Shown: positions 15,942 through 26,635 of the stretch, in pieces
Layout: every line of letters starts with the position of its first letter
Numbering within the stretch: the stretch's first letter is position 1
From: a virus
Direction: 5' to 3' (one strand)
Length of the DNA: 64,000 bases
IMG/VR virus record: IMGVR_UViG_3300042544_003795
Span: 64,001-128,000 of that record
Program-made: the position numbers and the translations under genes
Notes under the pieces: generated by a model
What the model was told of the DNA's origin: nothing
Seen by the model: only the letters and a program-made list of their open reading frames with translations
Database searches by the model: none

Positions 15942-16820
15942 TTAAATTAAGTTTTTTTCAACTTCAAAATGGGCACTATCAGGAGGAGCAGCATTCTCGC
16001 AAAATTTACACAAATCAAAAGTTGAAAATGGGGCAGGCAATATATCATCATACTCTTGATTAAATAGATTGCCTATTATATGATCTAATCCATAATCCAT
16101 ACAACACAAAGAGACATCTCCATTAGGAAGCAAAACATTATGATATAATCTTTCATAACAGTTGCAAGTCATTTTTTTATCTCCATGATAAATTGTTTTA
16201 TATTTATCTTTTAAATTTAATAACTCAGGCTTTAAAATAGACTCATGCCTTAGGTTACCTGCTCTGGACCACATTTCGCTAGGTTGTATACCATCAAATA
16301 CATGTTTTACTTTTTCGTGGACTGATCCCATAGACATTATATAAAAATTATTAATTTCATTTCGGATTGAGCCGATATACTCTATTAACTCTATATATTT
16401 ATTGCTTATAGGATGCTTTGCTAAAAGTTCATTATCGGGGAGATGCAGAACAAAACCTCCGTTAGGATGACCAGCGAATGGTATATGTTTTATTCTCTCC
16501 ATATCTGATATACTCATACCTATACCAGTCGTAAATACAGCTATACCATGGCCTCTCTCATATGCATAGAGAACCATATCAGTGCAATTTTTGTTTAACC
16601 AAGGTTCTACAAAACCTGCAAATGTAATTCTTATTTCTTTAGGTAGTTTATCTATAATTTTTTTATAATCTTCAAAAGATAATACTTTATTTCCTTTATA
16701 TTTTTGAACCAATAATCTTTGAGGACAAAAAGAGCAGTCAACAATACATCCATTTAAAGGAATAGATGTCGTGATCTCTAAACAAGCATAAGGGGTTGAT
16801 TTCCAGTAATTTTTTAACAT
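15942..16820 (-). CDS. Radical SAM protein with SPASM/Twitch domain
   Basis: CIVDCSFC (CxxxCxxC); C-terminal C...GDVSLCC...IGNL...CKFC. Confidence 0.88.
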   Translation of the reverse strand: MLKNYWKSTPYACLEITTSIPLNGCIVDCSFCPQRLLVQKYKGNKVLSFEDYKKIIDKLPKEIRITFAGFVEPWLNKNCTDMVLYAYERGHGIAVFTTGIGMSISDMERIKHIPFAGHPNGGFVLHLPDNELLAKHPISNKYIELIEYIGSIRNEINNFYIMSMGSVHEKVKHVFDGIQPSEMWSRAGNLRHESILKPELLNLKDKYKTIYHGDKKMTCNCYERLYHNVLLPNGDVSLCCMDYGLDHIIGNLFNQEYDDILPAPFSTFDLCKFCENAAPPDSAHFEVEKNLI

Positions 16821-16826
16821 TTTTTA

Positions 16827-17960
16827 TTAACTTAAGTTTTTTAGATTATAAAGGACAGATTGTTTATGATTCTCATCTAAGGGCTCATGAATAGAAAGAT
16901 ATTTGAATATATCTCTAGATTCTTCGCATAATCCTGTCCACCATGCGCTTACAGCTTTTTCGAAAATTATACCATAAAATCCCGGATAGTCAATATCTGT
17001 TTTCAACTTTATACAATCATCTGAAGAAACTTTTTCTCCAATAGAAGATATTAAATATGCATTAAACCATTTTTGAGTTCTTTCATAGAATCTACTTAAA
17101 TAAAAATACCCTTCAGGTCTTTTAGGCATTAAAGCTACTGAATGTTGAAGCATTCCTTCTACAGAATTATTCCTACAACCTTGAGACTCAAAGCACATAG
17201 ATGCCCTTAATAAACATTCGTAAGACAATAAACTATCATAAGCTCTTTCAGCACACCTTAAATAATAAGAAACAGCAGAAGCCATTTGGCCTATATTATG
17301 ATAGAAGTAGCCCATACAAAAATTAATTTCAGCAGAATTAGGAAATTCTATATAGTGATTTAATAAACATTTTAATACATCTTCTTCACCCATTATTTTA
17401 TAGAAATCTGTAATAGAATGGATATTCATCCAATCTTTTTTATTCTTAATAAAATTTTCATAATTTATCTCTACGTTTATGTCAATTATATTTTGACTGC
17501 CTTTCCTTATGATTCCTAAGCCGTTATCCATATCAATAGTAATCATTTCCAGATCACTCCTATCTCTTCTTAAATTAACAAATGCTTTCCAGCAATCTCC
17601 TGTCCATATACCTCCTGAATATGGTATCGTTTGCATCTTTTCGTCGTAAGGCAACATATCATGACATATTATAACGCCTTCTTCACTAAGACAATTTAAA
17701 CTGTTTACAATATCTTTATATACTTGATCAGAGTGATGTAAGCCATCAATCAATATAATATCGAATTTTTCTGTATTCTCTTTGAAAAAAGTATCAGAAT
17801 CTTTTTTTAAAATATCACTTAAAGATGTATTCGGGTCAACCCCGATTTTATAATCTATTTTTACTTCTTTAAATGTTATAGCATTATCAATACCTATCTC
17901 AAGGTATTTTTTATAATTATTTTTTTTAATTAAATAATTTATTATATGTATTTTATCCAT
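16827..17960 (-). CDS. Class I SAM methyltransferase fused to TPR repeats
   Basis: YLEIG, DIILIDGLH, HD; TPR-like helical C-terminus (P.RPEGYF.L). Confidence 0.82.
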   Translation of the reverse strand: MDKIHIINYLIKKNNYKKYLEIGIDNAITFKEVKIDYKIGVDPNTSLSDILKKDSDTFFKENTEKFDIILIDGLHHSDQVYKDIVNSLNCLSEEGVIICHDMLPYDEKMQTIPYSGGIWTGDCWKAFVNLRRDRSDLEMITIDMDNGLGIIRKGSQNIIDINVEINYENFIKNKKDWMNIHSITDFYKIMGEEDVLKCLLNHYIEFPNSAEINFCMGYFYHNIGQMASAVSYYLRCAERAYDSLLSYECLLRASMCFESQGCRNNSVEGMLQHSVALMPKRPEGYFYLSRFYERTQKWFNAYLISSIGEKVSSDDCIKLKTDIDYPGFYGIIFEKAVSAWWTGLCEESRDIFKYLSIHEPLDENHKQSVLYNLKNLS

Positions 17961-18722
17961 TTATATTTTAAATTTATTTTCTACTATTTCATAGCTATAA
18001 TTATGAACGAAATCTTTCCCATTAAAATCTCTACTAAATTCTTCTTCTATCAAATCATCCCAATTTCTATCATTTTTATGACTCCAATTTTTAACTTTTC
18101 TAAGCATCTCTTTTTTATTTTTAACCCATGAATAATGATGCAGAAGAACATTCCCATCCAATCCTAAAATAGGAGTTAAATCACCATGTATTAGTCTTTG
18201 TTCATCCCATAATTTTTGATAGAATTGTTTTAATTCTAAGGGACTATTTAAGTCCCAATCTTTACAATCTTTTTTTTGTATAAGAACTCCAGCGCTTTCT
18301 GTTTGAGTAGCTTTATAGAAAGGCTCTCTAAAATACCAATTACAAGTAAAATTAAAACATAAATCTTTAGAACTATTATGTTGGAACCATTCTTTAAAAT
18401 TGTCATCGACTATTTCATCAGAATCTAAAAATAAAACCCAATCATTCTTAGCTGAATCAAGACCCGTTTTTCTACTGAGGTTATTATAATAAGTAGGGAT
18501 TTCTGTAACTCCTTCCCACCGTATATTTAATATTTTACATTTATTAAAACTATTTATTATATCTATTGATTTAGATAATAAATCATCATTTTCCTTTTCG
18601 CCATTGTAAAAATGATCGCATATAGTAACTATAATTTCATCACTAAACTTGTCACATTGTAATAGATTTATTTTTAAAAATTTTAAATCATTAGAGTTGT
18701 ATTGTAAAACTGTTGATATCAT
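17961..18722 (-). CDS. GT2-like glycosyltransferase
   Basis: DWVLFLDSDE, HHYSW; start moved to 18722. Confidence 0.8.
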   Translation of the reverse strand: MISTVLQYNSNDLKFLKINLLQCDKFSDEIIVTICDHFYNGEKENDDLLSKSIDIINSFNKCKILNIRWEGVTEIPTYYNNLSRKTGLDSAKNDWVLFLDSDEIVDDNFKEWFQHNSSKDLCFNFTCNWYFREPFYKATQTESAGVLIQKKDCKDWDLNSPLELKQFYQKLWDEQRLIHGDLTPILGLDGNVLLHHYSWVKNKKEMLRKVKNWSHKNDRNWDDLIEEEFSRDFNGKDFVHNYSYEIVENKFKI

Positions 18723-18723
18723 A

Positions 18724-19704
18724 TTAAGAATAAACGAATTTTTCAATAAAGCTTTTAGGGCATTTTAATAAATAAGCTGCATTGTCTTGAAAACCGAAAG
18801 AGATTAAATAATTATCTTCGTATTCAGCTAATCCTATACAGAACTCAACATCTGCATCCATAAAATGGAATTCAGGAGTAACTTTAACTATATCAAAATT
18901 TTTGTCCCACACTATAAAACGATGATAATAAACAGCATCTTTTCTTCCAGCTTCACTTTTAAATAAATCTACTTCGTGAGTTATAGCAAAGTAACCATCT
19001 TTAAAAGGTAAAATTTGAGATCCACCTCTTAAATCTCTAGGAAGATTTACAGATTTTCCAAATTTAAGAGTTTCAGAAAATCCAGTTTCAGTATCAAATT
19101 TAACTAACTCTGTTGGATTTGCCCACTTTACATAATGGAATGGCATATCCAAAATTGGCATCCAATTTTTTTCACAATAAGAATCAGGATTGGTTAATAA
19201 TTCTATCCTTTTTCTACTTATTTCTTTAACTCCGTTTTCAAAAATTTCTATTTCAGATAATTCCATTCTCCCTTGACCGTTAGTGGTTGTATCTCTTCTA
19301 ACTCCACTAATAAATAATTTATTATCCCATTCTATTAAACGAGCATCTTCTAATCCTACAAAGTCCCACAGAGGTTCGTATATATCGAATTCGCTTGTAT
19401 CTATTTTAAAGAATTTTTCTATTTTAAATTTATTTGATAATTCACAATACCAATTCCAAGTTCTTAAGTGTACATCATTCTCAGGATGAATATAAGTCAA
19501 TGGTCCATAAGGATGTTGAAATAATTTTTTCTCAGAATGATAGAACGTATAATTAACATGTCTAATTATAACTGTTATTTTTCCATCTTTTACCATTACA
19601 GATGGATTCATTAATCCTGTGCCATTTGTAAATTCTGAAGGTAAAATGAGAGGATATATATCTCCCCCATTATTCAAAATACATTTTACCAAATTTTTTT
19701 CCAT
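18724..19704 (-). CDS. Five-bladed beta-propeller glycosidase-like protein (GH130/GH43 clan-like)
   Basis: NPSV, GLEDARL, EKNWMP, LRGGS, VEFC.GL, SFG..D. Confidence 0.78.
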   Translation of the reverse strand: MEKNLVKCILNNGGDIYPLILPSEFTNGTGLMNPSVMVKDGKITVIIRHVNYTFYHSEKKLFQHPYGPLTYIHPENDVHLRTWNWYCELSNKFKIEKFFKIDTSEFDIYEPLWDFVGLEDARLIEWDNKLFISGVRRDTTTNGQGRMELSEIEIFENGVKEISRKRIELLTNPDSYCEKNWMPILDMPFHYVKWANPTELVKFDTETGFSETLKFGKSVNLPRDLRGGSQILPFKDGYFAITHEVDLFKSEAGRKDAVYYHRFIVWDKNFDIVKVTPEFHFMDADVEFCIGLAEYEDNYLISFGFQDNAAYLLKCPKSFIEKFVYS

Positions 19705-19723
19705 AATTTAATATATTCAGATT

Positions 19724-20629
19724 TTATTTTCTTATTGTATTGTAATTACTTTTCACAAAGTCAACTGTTTCTTTAAGACCATCTCTTAAAGAAGTAAACT
19801 GAAAATTAGGCAAATATTTTTTAATTTTAGAATTATCACTAGGTTTTCTATATTGTCCATTAGGTTTAGATTCGTCCCATATAACTTTTCCATCGAATTC
19901 CATTAATTCAACTACTAAATTTACGACTTCTCTAATAGAAATTTCTTGGCTAGAAGATAAAATGATAGGTTCTTCTTCACTGTAATTTTCCAAAATCCAT
20001 TCTGAAAGAAAAGCCACATCTCTACTAAATATAAATTCTCTTAATGGTTCACCGTTTCCCCAAATAGTTAATGGAGTATTGGTATTTTTAGCTATATAGC
20101 ATTTATGAACTATACATGGGATCACATGGCCATTTATTAAATTAAAATTATCATTTGGGCCATAGATATTGCATGGGATTACACATTTATAATTAGTTCC
20201 GTATTGCTCTTTGTATGATTTAATTTGAATATCCAACATCCTTTTAGAATAGGCATAAGAGTCATTAGAAAAATGAGGAGGACCTAAATGTATTTTTTTT
20301 TCAGTCAAAGGATAAGATGTATCGTCTGGAAAAATGCAAGTTGATAAAAATGCTACTAAATTTTTGACTCCATGTTTAAAAGAAGAATTGATAACATTTG
20401 TATTCATCATAATATTCTCATAAAAAAAATCTCCTTTACTTGACATATTACTTAAAACTCCCCCAACTTTTGCTGCACAATGAATTAAATTATCTGGCTT
20501 CTCTTTTTCAAAAAACAAATCAACATCTTTTTGATTTATTAAATTTACATCTTTAGATGAAAGCTTAATGCATTTATCAGAAAACTCTGATCCAACTAGA
20601 CCTGATCCACCTGTTATTACGGTTTTCAT
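19724..20629 (-). CDS. fcl: GDP-L-fucose synthase
   Basis: TGGSGLVG, AAKVGG, LSTCIFP, YAYSKR, PCNIYGP.DNF, HVIP, REFI. Confidence 0.93.
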   Translation of the reverse strand: MKTVITGGSGLVGSEFSDKCIKLSSKDVNLINQKDVDLFFEKEKPDNLIHCAAKVGGVLSNMSSKGDFFYENIMMNTNVINSSFKHGVKNLVAFLSTCIFPDDTSYPLTEKKIHLGPPHFSNDSYAYSKRMLDIQIKSYKEQYGTNYKCVIPCNIYGPNDNFNLINGHVIPCIVHKCYIAKNTNTPLTIWGNGEPLREFIFSRDVAFLSEWILENYSEEEPIILSSSQEISIREVVNLVVELMEFDGKVIWDESKPNGQYRKPSDNSKIKKYLPNFQFTSLRDGLKETVDFVKSNYNTIRK

Positions 20630-21274
20630 TTATTTTATTAATTTGTATTTTTTAAATTCTTCTAATATTAAAGGCATAGCTTTCTGATTTAAATGGATAT
20701 GACAGCTATCCCAATCATCTAAATAATCAGGATTAGTTTTGCCATCCATGACCATATTATCAAAAATAGAAAGGATTCCAATCCCAGTCCCTATACTTAA
20801 AGATTTTAAGTATTTGTAAAAAATCTGTGTCCATTCATTTCTTTCTATACTTGTTCCAAAAGATGGTCCAGAAGTATAAGGTTTATAATCACTCCAAGAT
20901 GCAATAGGAGACCAAACTAATAATTTGTATCCTAAATTATGATAATGCATTATCACATCCCAGTATCTATCAACACACTCTTTTATTACATCTTCTATAG
21001 AACGATTTTGAATTTCAGATTGTTTCTTAATATGAGCTCTGATATCTACCTCACCAAAACAAAAAGCAATCATATCTTCATTCTTATTTACTCTACTAAA
21101 AAGTATTTCATTAATAATTGAAATTTTATTTGATAAATTATAAGCTAAAGCTGGACCTATACGATATGAACGAAAAAAATCCAAAGCATCATCAGAAAGC
21201 TGAGGCCATATCGGCTGCATCTCTTCTCTTCCACTAAAAACAGATGAATGACTATCCCCTATACAATGTATCAT
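20630..21274 (-). CDS. SGNH-hydrolase-like protein
   Basis: IGDSH, FGEVD.R, C-terminal D...IH. Confidence 0.7.
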   Translation of the reverse strand: MIHCIGDSHSSVFSGREEMQPIWPQLSDDALDFFRSYRIGPALAYNLSNKISIINEILFSRVNKNEDMIAFCFGEVDIRAHIKKQSEIQNRSIEDVIKECVDRYWDVIMHYHNLGYKLLVWSPIASWSDYKPYTSGPSFGTSIERNEWTQIFYKYLKSLSIGTGIGILSIFDNMVMDGKTNPDYLDDWDSCHIHLNQKAMPLILEEFKKYKLIK

Positions 21275-22232
21275 ATTTTTCCTTTAATCTTTTACAGAAA
21301 TTTTTCTCATAGGTCCATCCATCTTCTCCACCTATGCCCCATTTATTTTTGTTACCATAAACAGTATTAAACATAATATGTACGCCAAATCCATTTTTAA
21401 CAAAAACTATTTTTTTATCATTTTCCCTAATAAAGTTATTGAGAGATATCTCATCGTAACTATCGTTATTTATTAATGTCAAACTATTTTTCCAGTCTGA
21501 AGTCTTAATAAAAAAGAAACTATTTGTAAAATATGGGAGAGAAGATTCAAAAGAAGAGAAACTATATTCTTGTTTATTGAATAAAAGTTCTATATTATTT
21601 ATTATATAATCATTAATTAAAACTTGAGCGTCATAATTTATTCTCAAAGGATGTATACCTTTTGTTTTCGTATCGAGATCTAACACTGCTTGATTGAAGA
21701 GTTTGAAATCCCATTTATCCGCAAGAATTGTAAACGAATTTAAAGGAGAGTAGTCCACCCCCCAAAGACCATTAGGCATTTCTTGTTTTAGAAAAAGATT
21801 AAAAATATTATCTTTAACAGATTCCTCTTTAATAAAATCATTTATAAAAAAATCACAAGGAATATTATTACTAAGAGTCGGAGATATTAAGAATTCAGAA
21901 TCTAGTATTCCAATATTTTCTATTATAAAATTCCAAGTATGATCACTAATAAAACAATCTTCATCTAACTTGCAACTGTATTTAGTAGAGGCTTCCGTAG
22001 CTATATTTATTTTACACAAATAATTATCATTTCTATTCTCATCTATTTTATAAAGAGAAGTAGATATACCTAAATCTTCGATAGCTGAATCCCAGTCATA
22101 ATCTCTAGAATAAAGAATATTAAGATGTATTTTTGATTTATTTTCATCTGAAATATTTTTTAATATATTTTTACTCAAATTGAAATACTCAGGTCTACTA
22201 TGAGACAGATAATTAATAGTTAAAATTTTCAT
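21252..22232 (-). CDS. Putative glycosyltransferase (GT-A-like)
   Basis: KLDEDCF (DxD-like) plus island context. Confidence 0.55.
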   Translation of the reverse strand: MKILTINYLSHSRPEYFNLSKNILKNISDENKSKIHLNILYSRDYDWDSAIEDLGISTSLYKIDENRNDNYLCKINIATEASTKYSCKLDEDCFISDHTWNFIIENIGILDSEFLISPTLSNNIPCDFFINDFIKEESVKDNIFNLFLKQEMPNGLWGVDYSPLNSFTILADKWDFKLFNQAVLDLDTKTKGIHPLRINYDAQVLINDYIINNIELLFNKQEYSFSSFESSLPYFTNSFFFIKTSDWKNSLTLINNDSYDEISLNNFIRENDKKIVFVKNGFGVHIMFNTVYGNKNKWGIGGEDGWTYEKNFCKRLKEKYDTLYRG

Positions 22233-23014
22233 TTCATTAAATTAGATCTAACAAATTCTTTCATAGGGCAATGTTTAGAATACCCAACTCTTTTTATACT
22301 AAAGTACTTATCTGAATGCTTCTGAATAATTTGAGAAATATTTATTATCCAATTCCTTGGCATAGGATTTGATGGATCATATGTTCCAAAATGACTAGGA
22401 AATTGCCATTTTTGACCGGACATTAAAATTGAATAACCCGGATAAAAACTAATACAATCAGAGTTTGGGTACTTGTCTAGACATAAATCTATATTTTTTT
22501 TACTATTTAGCATAGATTTATTAGTTAAAATCATACATTCCCAATTAGATACCATAGGTTGTTCTAATTTTAAATCTAAATACAAATTCTTCCCATCCCA
22601 TCTTCCGTAAGGTTGCGAAAGAGGAAATCCTACTACATCTTTCGAAGAATCTTTTCCCTGATATGACTGTTCCCAATTTTCTGTATTAAGAAATTGAGCA
22701 TAATTACAGTCTTTTTCCAAAACAATTGGATTTATAAAATACTGATTAGCTGAAACTAAGCAGAAGTGATCGAAAGAATTGATTTCCTCTTCAGATAACG
22801 AATTTAAAACTTCAGTGAATGCTCCAAAAATAAAACTCGAATGATCGACTGGTCCAAGTTTATGCCTAGTTCTTATTTTCGGATGATTTAAAGTAGGGTG
22901 ATTTACTATAAAATCGGAATTTTTATGAAAGAATAAAATGTTGTTTATTAAATCATCAATATCTTCATTTGTTTGCAAATCATTATGCGCAAAAATAATA
23001 AAACAGCATCTCAT
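22229..23014 (-). CDS. Hypothetical glycan-island protein (possibly GT14-like)
   Basis: FII.AH, FDHFCLVS..; context. Confidence 0.5.
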   Translation of the reverse strand: MRCCFIIFAHNDLQTNEDIDDLINNILFFHKNSDFIVNHPTLNHPKIRTRHKLGPVDHSSFIFGAFTEVLNSLSEEEINSFDHFCLVSANQYFINPIVLEKDCNYAQFLNTENWEQSYQGKDSSKDVVGFPLSQPYGRWDGKNLYLDLKLEQPMVSNWECMILTNKSMLNSKKNIDLCLDKYPNSDCISFYPGYSILMSGQKWQFPSHFGTYDPSNPMPRNWIINISQIIQKHSDKYFSIKRVGYSKHCPMKEFVRSNLMK

Positions 23015-23388
23015 TGTCTGTAAGCAATAACTCTACAAATTTTTCCCTCTTCGTTAAAAGATATTGAATCTAAAACTTTTAACATATTTCCGTCTACATT
23101 AATTAGAATAGGACAAAAAAAGGTATCGAAGTTTTTATTAGTACTTTCTATTTGTTGAAAAATTTCGCCATAAAAAAATGTATTCCTATAAATTATAATT
23201 TTTTCACATTTACTAAATATTTCTTTATTAGCATTTAAGAAAGCTTCTTTCCCCTCTACTTCAATTTCCCAATCAATTAAACAAGCATCATCTGATAATA
23301 GTTCAGATAAAGCAGATAAGTCTTTATCAGAAAAAGCTGAAAAATAGTCATTTAGTTTTTTAAAATAGAATTGTTTTTCGAATTTCAT
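23011..23388 (-). CDS. SnoaL/NTF2-like protein
   Basis: YFSAFSDKDL..L, L.DW, GKI..V.AY. Confidence 0.75.
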   Translation of the reverse strand: MKFEKQFYFKKLNDYFSAFSDKDLSALSELLSDDACLIDWEIEVEGKEAFLNANKEIFSKCEKIIIYRNTFFYGEIFQQIESTNKNFDTFFCPILINVDGNMLKVLDSISFNEEGKICRVIAYRQ

Positions 23389-24383
23389 ATTAAGATTTGT
23401 TCTATTCTTTTTTGGATTGCTTGTTTGATATCTATGTATACATCCGGACCTAAGATTTGTTTTAATTTCTTAAAAGAAGGGTAAGAAAAAACATAATGAC
23501 CGCATATTGAAATAGTTTCTAGTACATTATTATCTGGCTTAAAATCTTTGTCTACCCACTTTACCCATTTATTAGAATCTTTACAAATCTTAAAAAATTC
23601 GAATATATATAAATCGCCTCTTTCTTGTAACTTTTTAGCAATAATATCACTTTCTATTTTTCCAAATTCTGGAGCTATATTAATACAATCTAGACCAAGT
23701 TCAAATTTTTCCTTTATTAAATCAGAAGACAAATAATCTCCATTATGTTCTTTTGATATAAAATTAAATTTTTGACTAATTTTAATCATATCTTTTAATT
23801 GATCAGAAGAATATGAACCTATATTTTTATTAGCTTTTAAAGCTGTTCCAGATTGTATAACTAAATATTTTATATTACTAAAAACTTCTGGATTCAAATT
23901 ATTTTTTAGATCCGAAACAAATTTATCTAATTCATCTACAGAAAATTTTCTAATAGCCTCTTCTGTACCTACTTCAAACTCAATATAGGGATTCCATATA
24001 TAAGCTTGGTTGATCAAAGATATAGTTTCTTTAAGTCCTAAGTCGTAATCTGAATATTTTTTCCAAGGATCAATATGAATTAAATCTAAACTTAAGCAAT
24101 CATTTTTTAAAGAATCTATTCCATCATCATCTACTTGACCTTGATATGGCCCCCCATGATCTCTAACTAAAGTAACTAATGATGTTTTACCTTTAACATA
24201 AGATGAAAAAGATTCTGTTGTATTCGCTAAACCATTATCTAAGAAGTCAACGTAGCCACCCGAAAAGTCAATTTGCCTTCTTGAAGGAATTAAACCTAAA
24301 GGAGTATTGTAGATATTAGCATAATCAATAACTGAATCAATAACGCTTTTGCTAACTGGACCTATAAACAATTTCGGTTGCAT
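23385..24383 (-). CDS. GatZ/KbaZ-like (tagatose aldolase/epimerase-type) TIM-barrel protein
   Basis: SRRQID..GGY, RDHGGP, IHID, EVGTEE, KEHNGDY, NIAPE. Confidence 0.72.
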   Translation of the reverse strand: MQPKLFIGPVSKSVIDSVIDYANIYNTPLGLIPSRRQIDFSGGYVDFLDNGLANTTESFSSYVKGKTSLVTLVRDHGGPYQGQVDDDGIDSLKNDCLSLDLIHIDPWKKYSDYDLGLKETISLINQAYIWNPYIEFEVGTEEAIRKFSVDELDKFVSDLKNNLNPEVFSNIKYLVIQSGTALKANKNIGSYSSDQLKDMIKISQKFNFISKEHNGDYLSSDLIKEKFELGLDCINIAPEFGKIESDIIAKKLQERGDLYIFEFFKICKDSNKWVKWVDKDFKPDNNVLETISICGHYVFSYPSFKKLKQILGPDVYIDIKQAIQKRIEQILI

Positions 24384-25936
24384 AAAAATAGAGATTTGTG
24401 TAAATTATAAATACCAAAATAGTATAAAAATTCTCCCATCTTAAATTCATGCAAAGGAGACATGTTTAACCAAATTATAGCAGTCAATACATTTATTTTT
24501 TTTAAATCAAAACCATTAGATATTACCCATTCATTAAAGAACTCTTTGCAATTTATTAAACGCTCACTTCTTAAAATATCGCATTCAATTACATCGTCTC
24601 GAACATTTACATGAAACAACTCTTTAAAAAGAATATCGTGATTTAATATAAGATTATGATTTAATTTTGCTAAATCGTAATATATATCACCATTTAATAT
24701 AGAACCTCCGAAATCTTGTCTCCAATCAAGCAGAACAAATTCACCATTGTCATAAATAATATTATCAAGAATAAAATCCCCGTGGAATCTAAATACAGAA
24801 TCTGTACATAACCAATCTATATCTATACTTTCTAAGATAGATTTTAAACTAGGGATTTCTCTACCATTAATGATTAATTTTTTATCGAATATTTTATTAT
24901 TAGATTGGAAAGTCGAAACTCTTTTTTGAGTTTTATCGAAATAAAAATCATAACAAATCTTTTTAAAATCTTGATCTACGCCTTTACTTTTCCATAAATT
25001 GTTTTTACTCCATTTCAAAAAGTCAGAAAAAATATTAGTATTAACACAAGATGCTAACAACTCACCTTTAGCGTATTCATATTTATAAAAATTCTTTGAA
25101 CTAGATATAATTGAAGGCGTTACATCTTTCAACTCAAGCGCTCTAGCCACTCTATTAGCACAAATATTTTCATTATTAAAGAATTTTATAACGAAATCTT
25201 GAAATATAAAAATAGATTCATCATCTTTGTCAAGTAAATGAAATTTATCTGATATTACTTCTCTTGATTTTTTTAACTCAAAAGAATTACCTGTGTCTAA
25301 CCATTCTGGAAAAATAATATTATTCCAGTTTACATTCATTCTATTAATAGCATGACAGTCGCTTAAAGAAGAATCTAAAGGATTTTCATTGTATATATCC
25401 TCTAAATTTTTCCAAAACAATTCATAAGATGAAATACCAGCTAATCCTATGTAAGCAAGATTAGAAACTAAACTACCCTTATCATATATAAATCCATTTT
25501 TCCCAATAGTTCTATACTCAGAACAATTTTCTTTCTCACAAATACCTAACCAATCACTTTTAAATTTTTCATCAGAAAAATCAAAAGAATCTTTACTGAC
25601 TATAGTATCAGAAGAATGGAATATAAACTTGCATTGCAAATGCTCTTTAGCTTTTAATAAAGAATAAGCTAAACTAGATCCATCTCCATAGTATTTATCA
25701 ACTTCAACGAATGTTATTTTTCTTTTAGGATACGCCAATTCTACAAATTGTTTTACATAATCACCGAAATAACCAAGAGTTATAACTATTTCAGTATCTT
25801 CAGGATAACTTTCTATAATGTAAGAGAGAGTAGGTTTTTTGCCTACCCTAATAAGAGACTTATTAGTATATTTAGTTAAATTGCCAAGACGAGATCCTAT
25901 ACCACTCGTAGTGATTAATACTTTAAACTCTTCCAT
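24362..25936 (-). CDS. Nucleotidyltransferase fused to APH/choline-kinase-like phosphotransferase
   Basis: SGIGSRL...NKSL, WLDTG; C-terminal HGDF...N, LLDW, YDLAKL. Confidence 0.85.
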   Translation of the reverse strand: MEEFKVLITTSGIGSRLGNLTKYTNKSLIRVGKKPTLSYIIESYPEDTEIVITLGYFGDYVKQFVELAYPKRKITFVEVDKYYGDGSSLAYSLLKAKEHLQCKFIFHSSDTIVSKDSFDFSDEKFKSDWLGICEKENCSEYRTIGKNGFIYDKGSLVSNLAYIGLAGISSYELFWKNLEDIYNENPLDSSLSDCHAINRMNVNWNNIIFPEWLDTGNSFELKKSREVISDKFHLLDKDDESIFIFQDFVIKFFNNENICANRVARALELKDVTPSIISSSKNFYKYEYAKGELLASCVNTNIFSDFLKWSKNNLWKSKGVDQDFKKICYDFYFDKTQKRVSTFQSNNKIFDKKLIINGREIPSLKSILESIDIDWLCTDSVFRFHGDFILDNIIYDNGEFVLLDWRQDFGGSILNGDIYYDLAKLNHNLILNHDILFKELFHVNVRDDVIECDILRSERLINCKEFFNEWVISNGFDLKKINVLTAIIWLNMSPLHEFKMGEFLYYFGIYNLHKSLFLCNRNCL

Positions 25937-26273
25937 AACTATCTTCGAGTCTGATTACATCGTCCAAATGATTTGTAGAACATTCGATATATAAAGAATT
26001 TTCTATACCTTCGCATCTATGAATCATAAAAGGAGGTAGAACAAAGAAAGCTCCGGGCTTTAAAACTATATCTTTCAAAGATTCTTGAGTCTCTCCATAC
26101 GAAAATTTAAGCAAACCATTTACCACAAAAAAAGTTTCATGTTTATGTTCATGATACTGTAAGCTACAACTATGCCCGGCCTTCATAAAAAGCTCTTTGA
26201 CAACATAATTATCATTTACTTCTAGCCATCTTTCATAACCCCAAGGTTTTTGAATGTAAGAAATCTCAGTCAT
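25923..26273 (-). CDS. Cupin (mannose-6-phosphate isomerase type II-like)
   Basis: KPWG.E, SLQYH..K.ET, IHR, D..RLED.YGR. Confidence 0.85.
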   Translation of the reverse strand: MTEISYIQKPWGYERWLEVNDNYVVKELFMKAGHSCSLQYHEHKHETFFVVNGLLKFSYGETQESLKDIVLKPGAFFVLPPFMIHRCEGIENSLYIECSTNHLDDVIRLEDSYGRV

Positions 26274-26274
26274 A

Positions 26275-26631
26275 CTATATGTACACTTCAGATATTCCCT
26301 CGTTTCGTTTCAAACTTAACGAAATTGCAGTTTCATCATCGCTATCTGGTTTTTTATCATTTATTAAAATTCTTGTACCTCCTCCTATACCCATAATCAA
26401 CTGGTCATAATAAATCCCCTTTTCTGTCAACTGTTCTTCTGTTCTTTTTCGAGTGCTCTCTCTTCTACCTGTCGTCAGAATAATATTATAGCCCTTCCTA
26501 TCCCATTCTGAGAGCTTTTCGAGAGTTCCGGGTAGTAATTGAAGGCTTTCAGTAAACTGTTTCTCTATCGAGCCTAGATGAGAAACTAGCGTTCCATCAA
26601 TATCAAGGAAAATTGTTTTAGGTCTTGTCAT
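26275..26631 (-). CDS. HAD-family phosphatase (capsule-biosynthesis type)
   Basis: FLDIDGT, LTTGR, YDQL.MG, IND; start moved to 26631. Confidence 0.85.
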   Translation of the reverse strand: MTRPKTIFLDIDGTLVSHLGSIEKQFTESLQLLPGTLEKLSEWDRKGYNIILTTGRRESTRKRTEEQLTEKGIYYDQLIMGIGGGTRILINDKKPDSDDETAISLSLKRNEGISEVYI

Positions 26632-26635
26632 ATTA

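Noticed and set aside
15942-16820. Radical SAM/SPASM enzyme as maturase of the Gly-rich peptides (RiPP cluster)
   Set aside because: More than 13 kb away, embedded in the glycan island, with no visible RRE domain, peptidase or transporter; not excluded but unsupported
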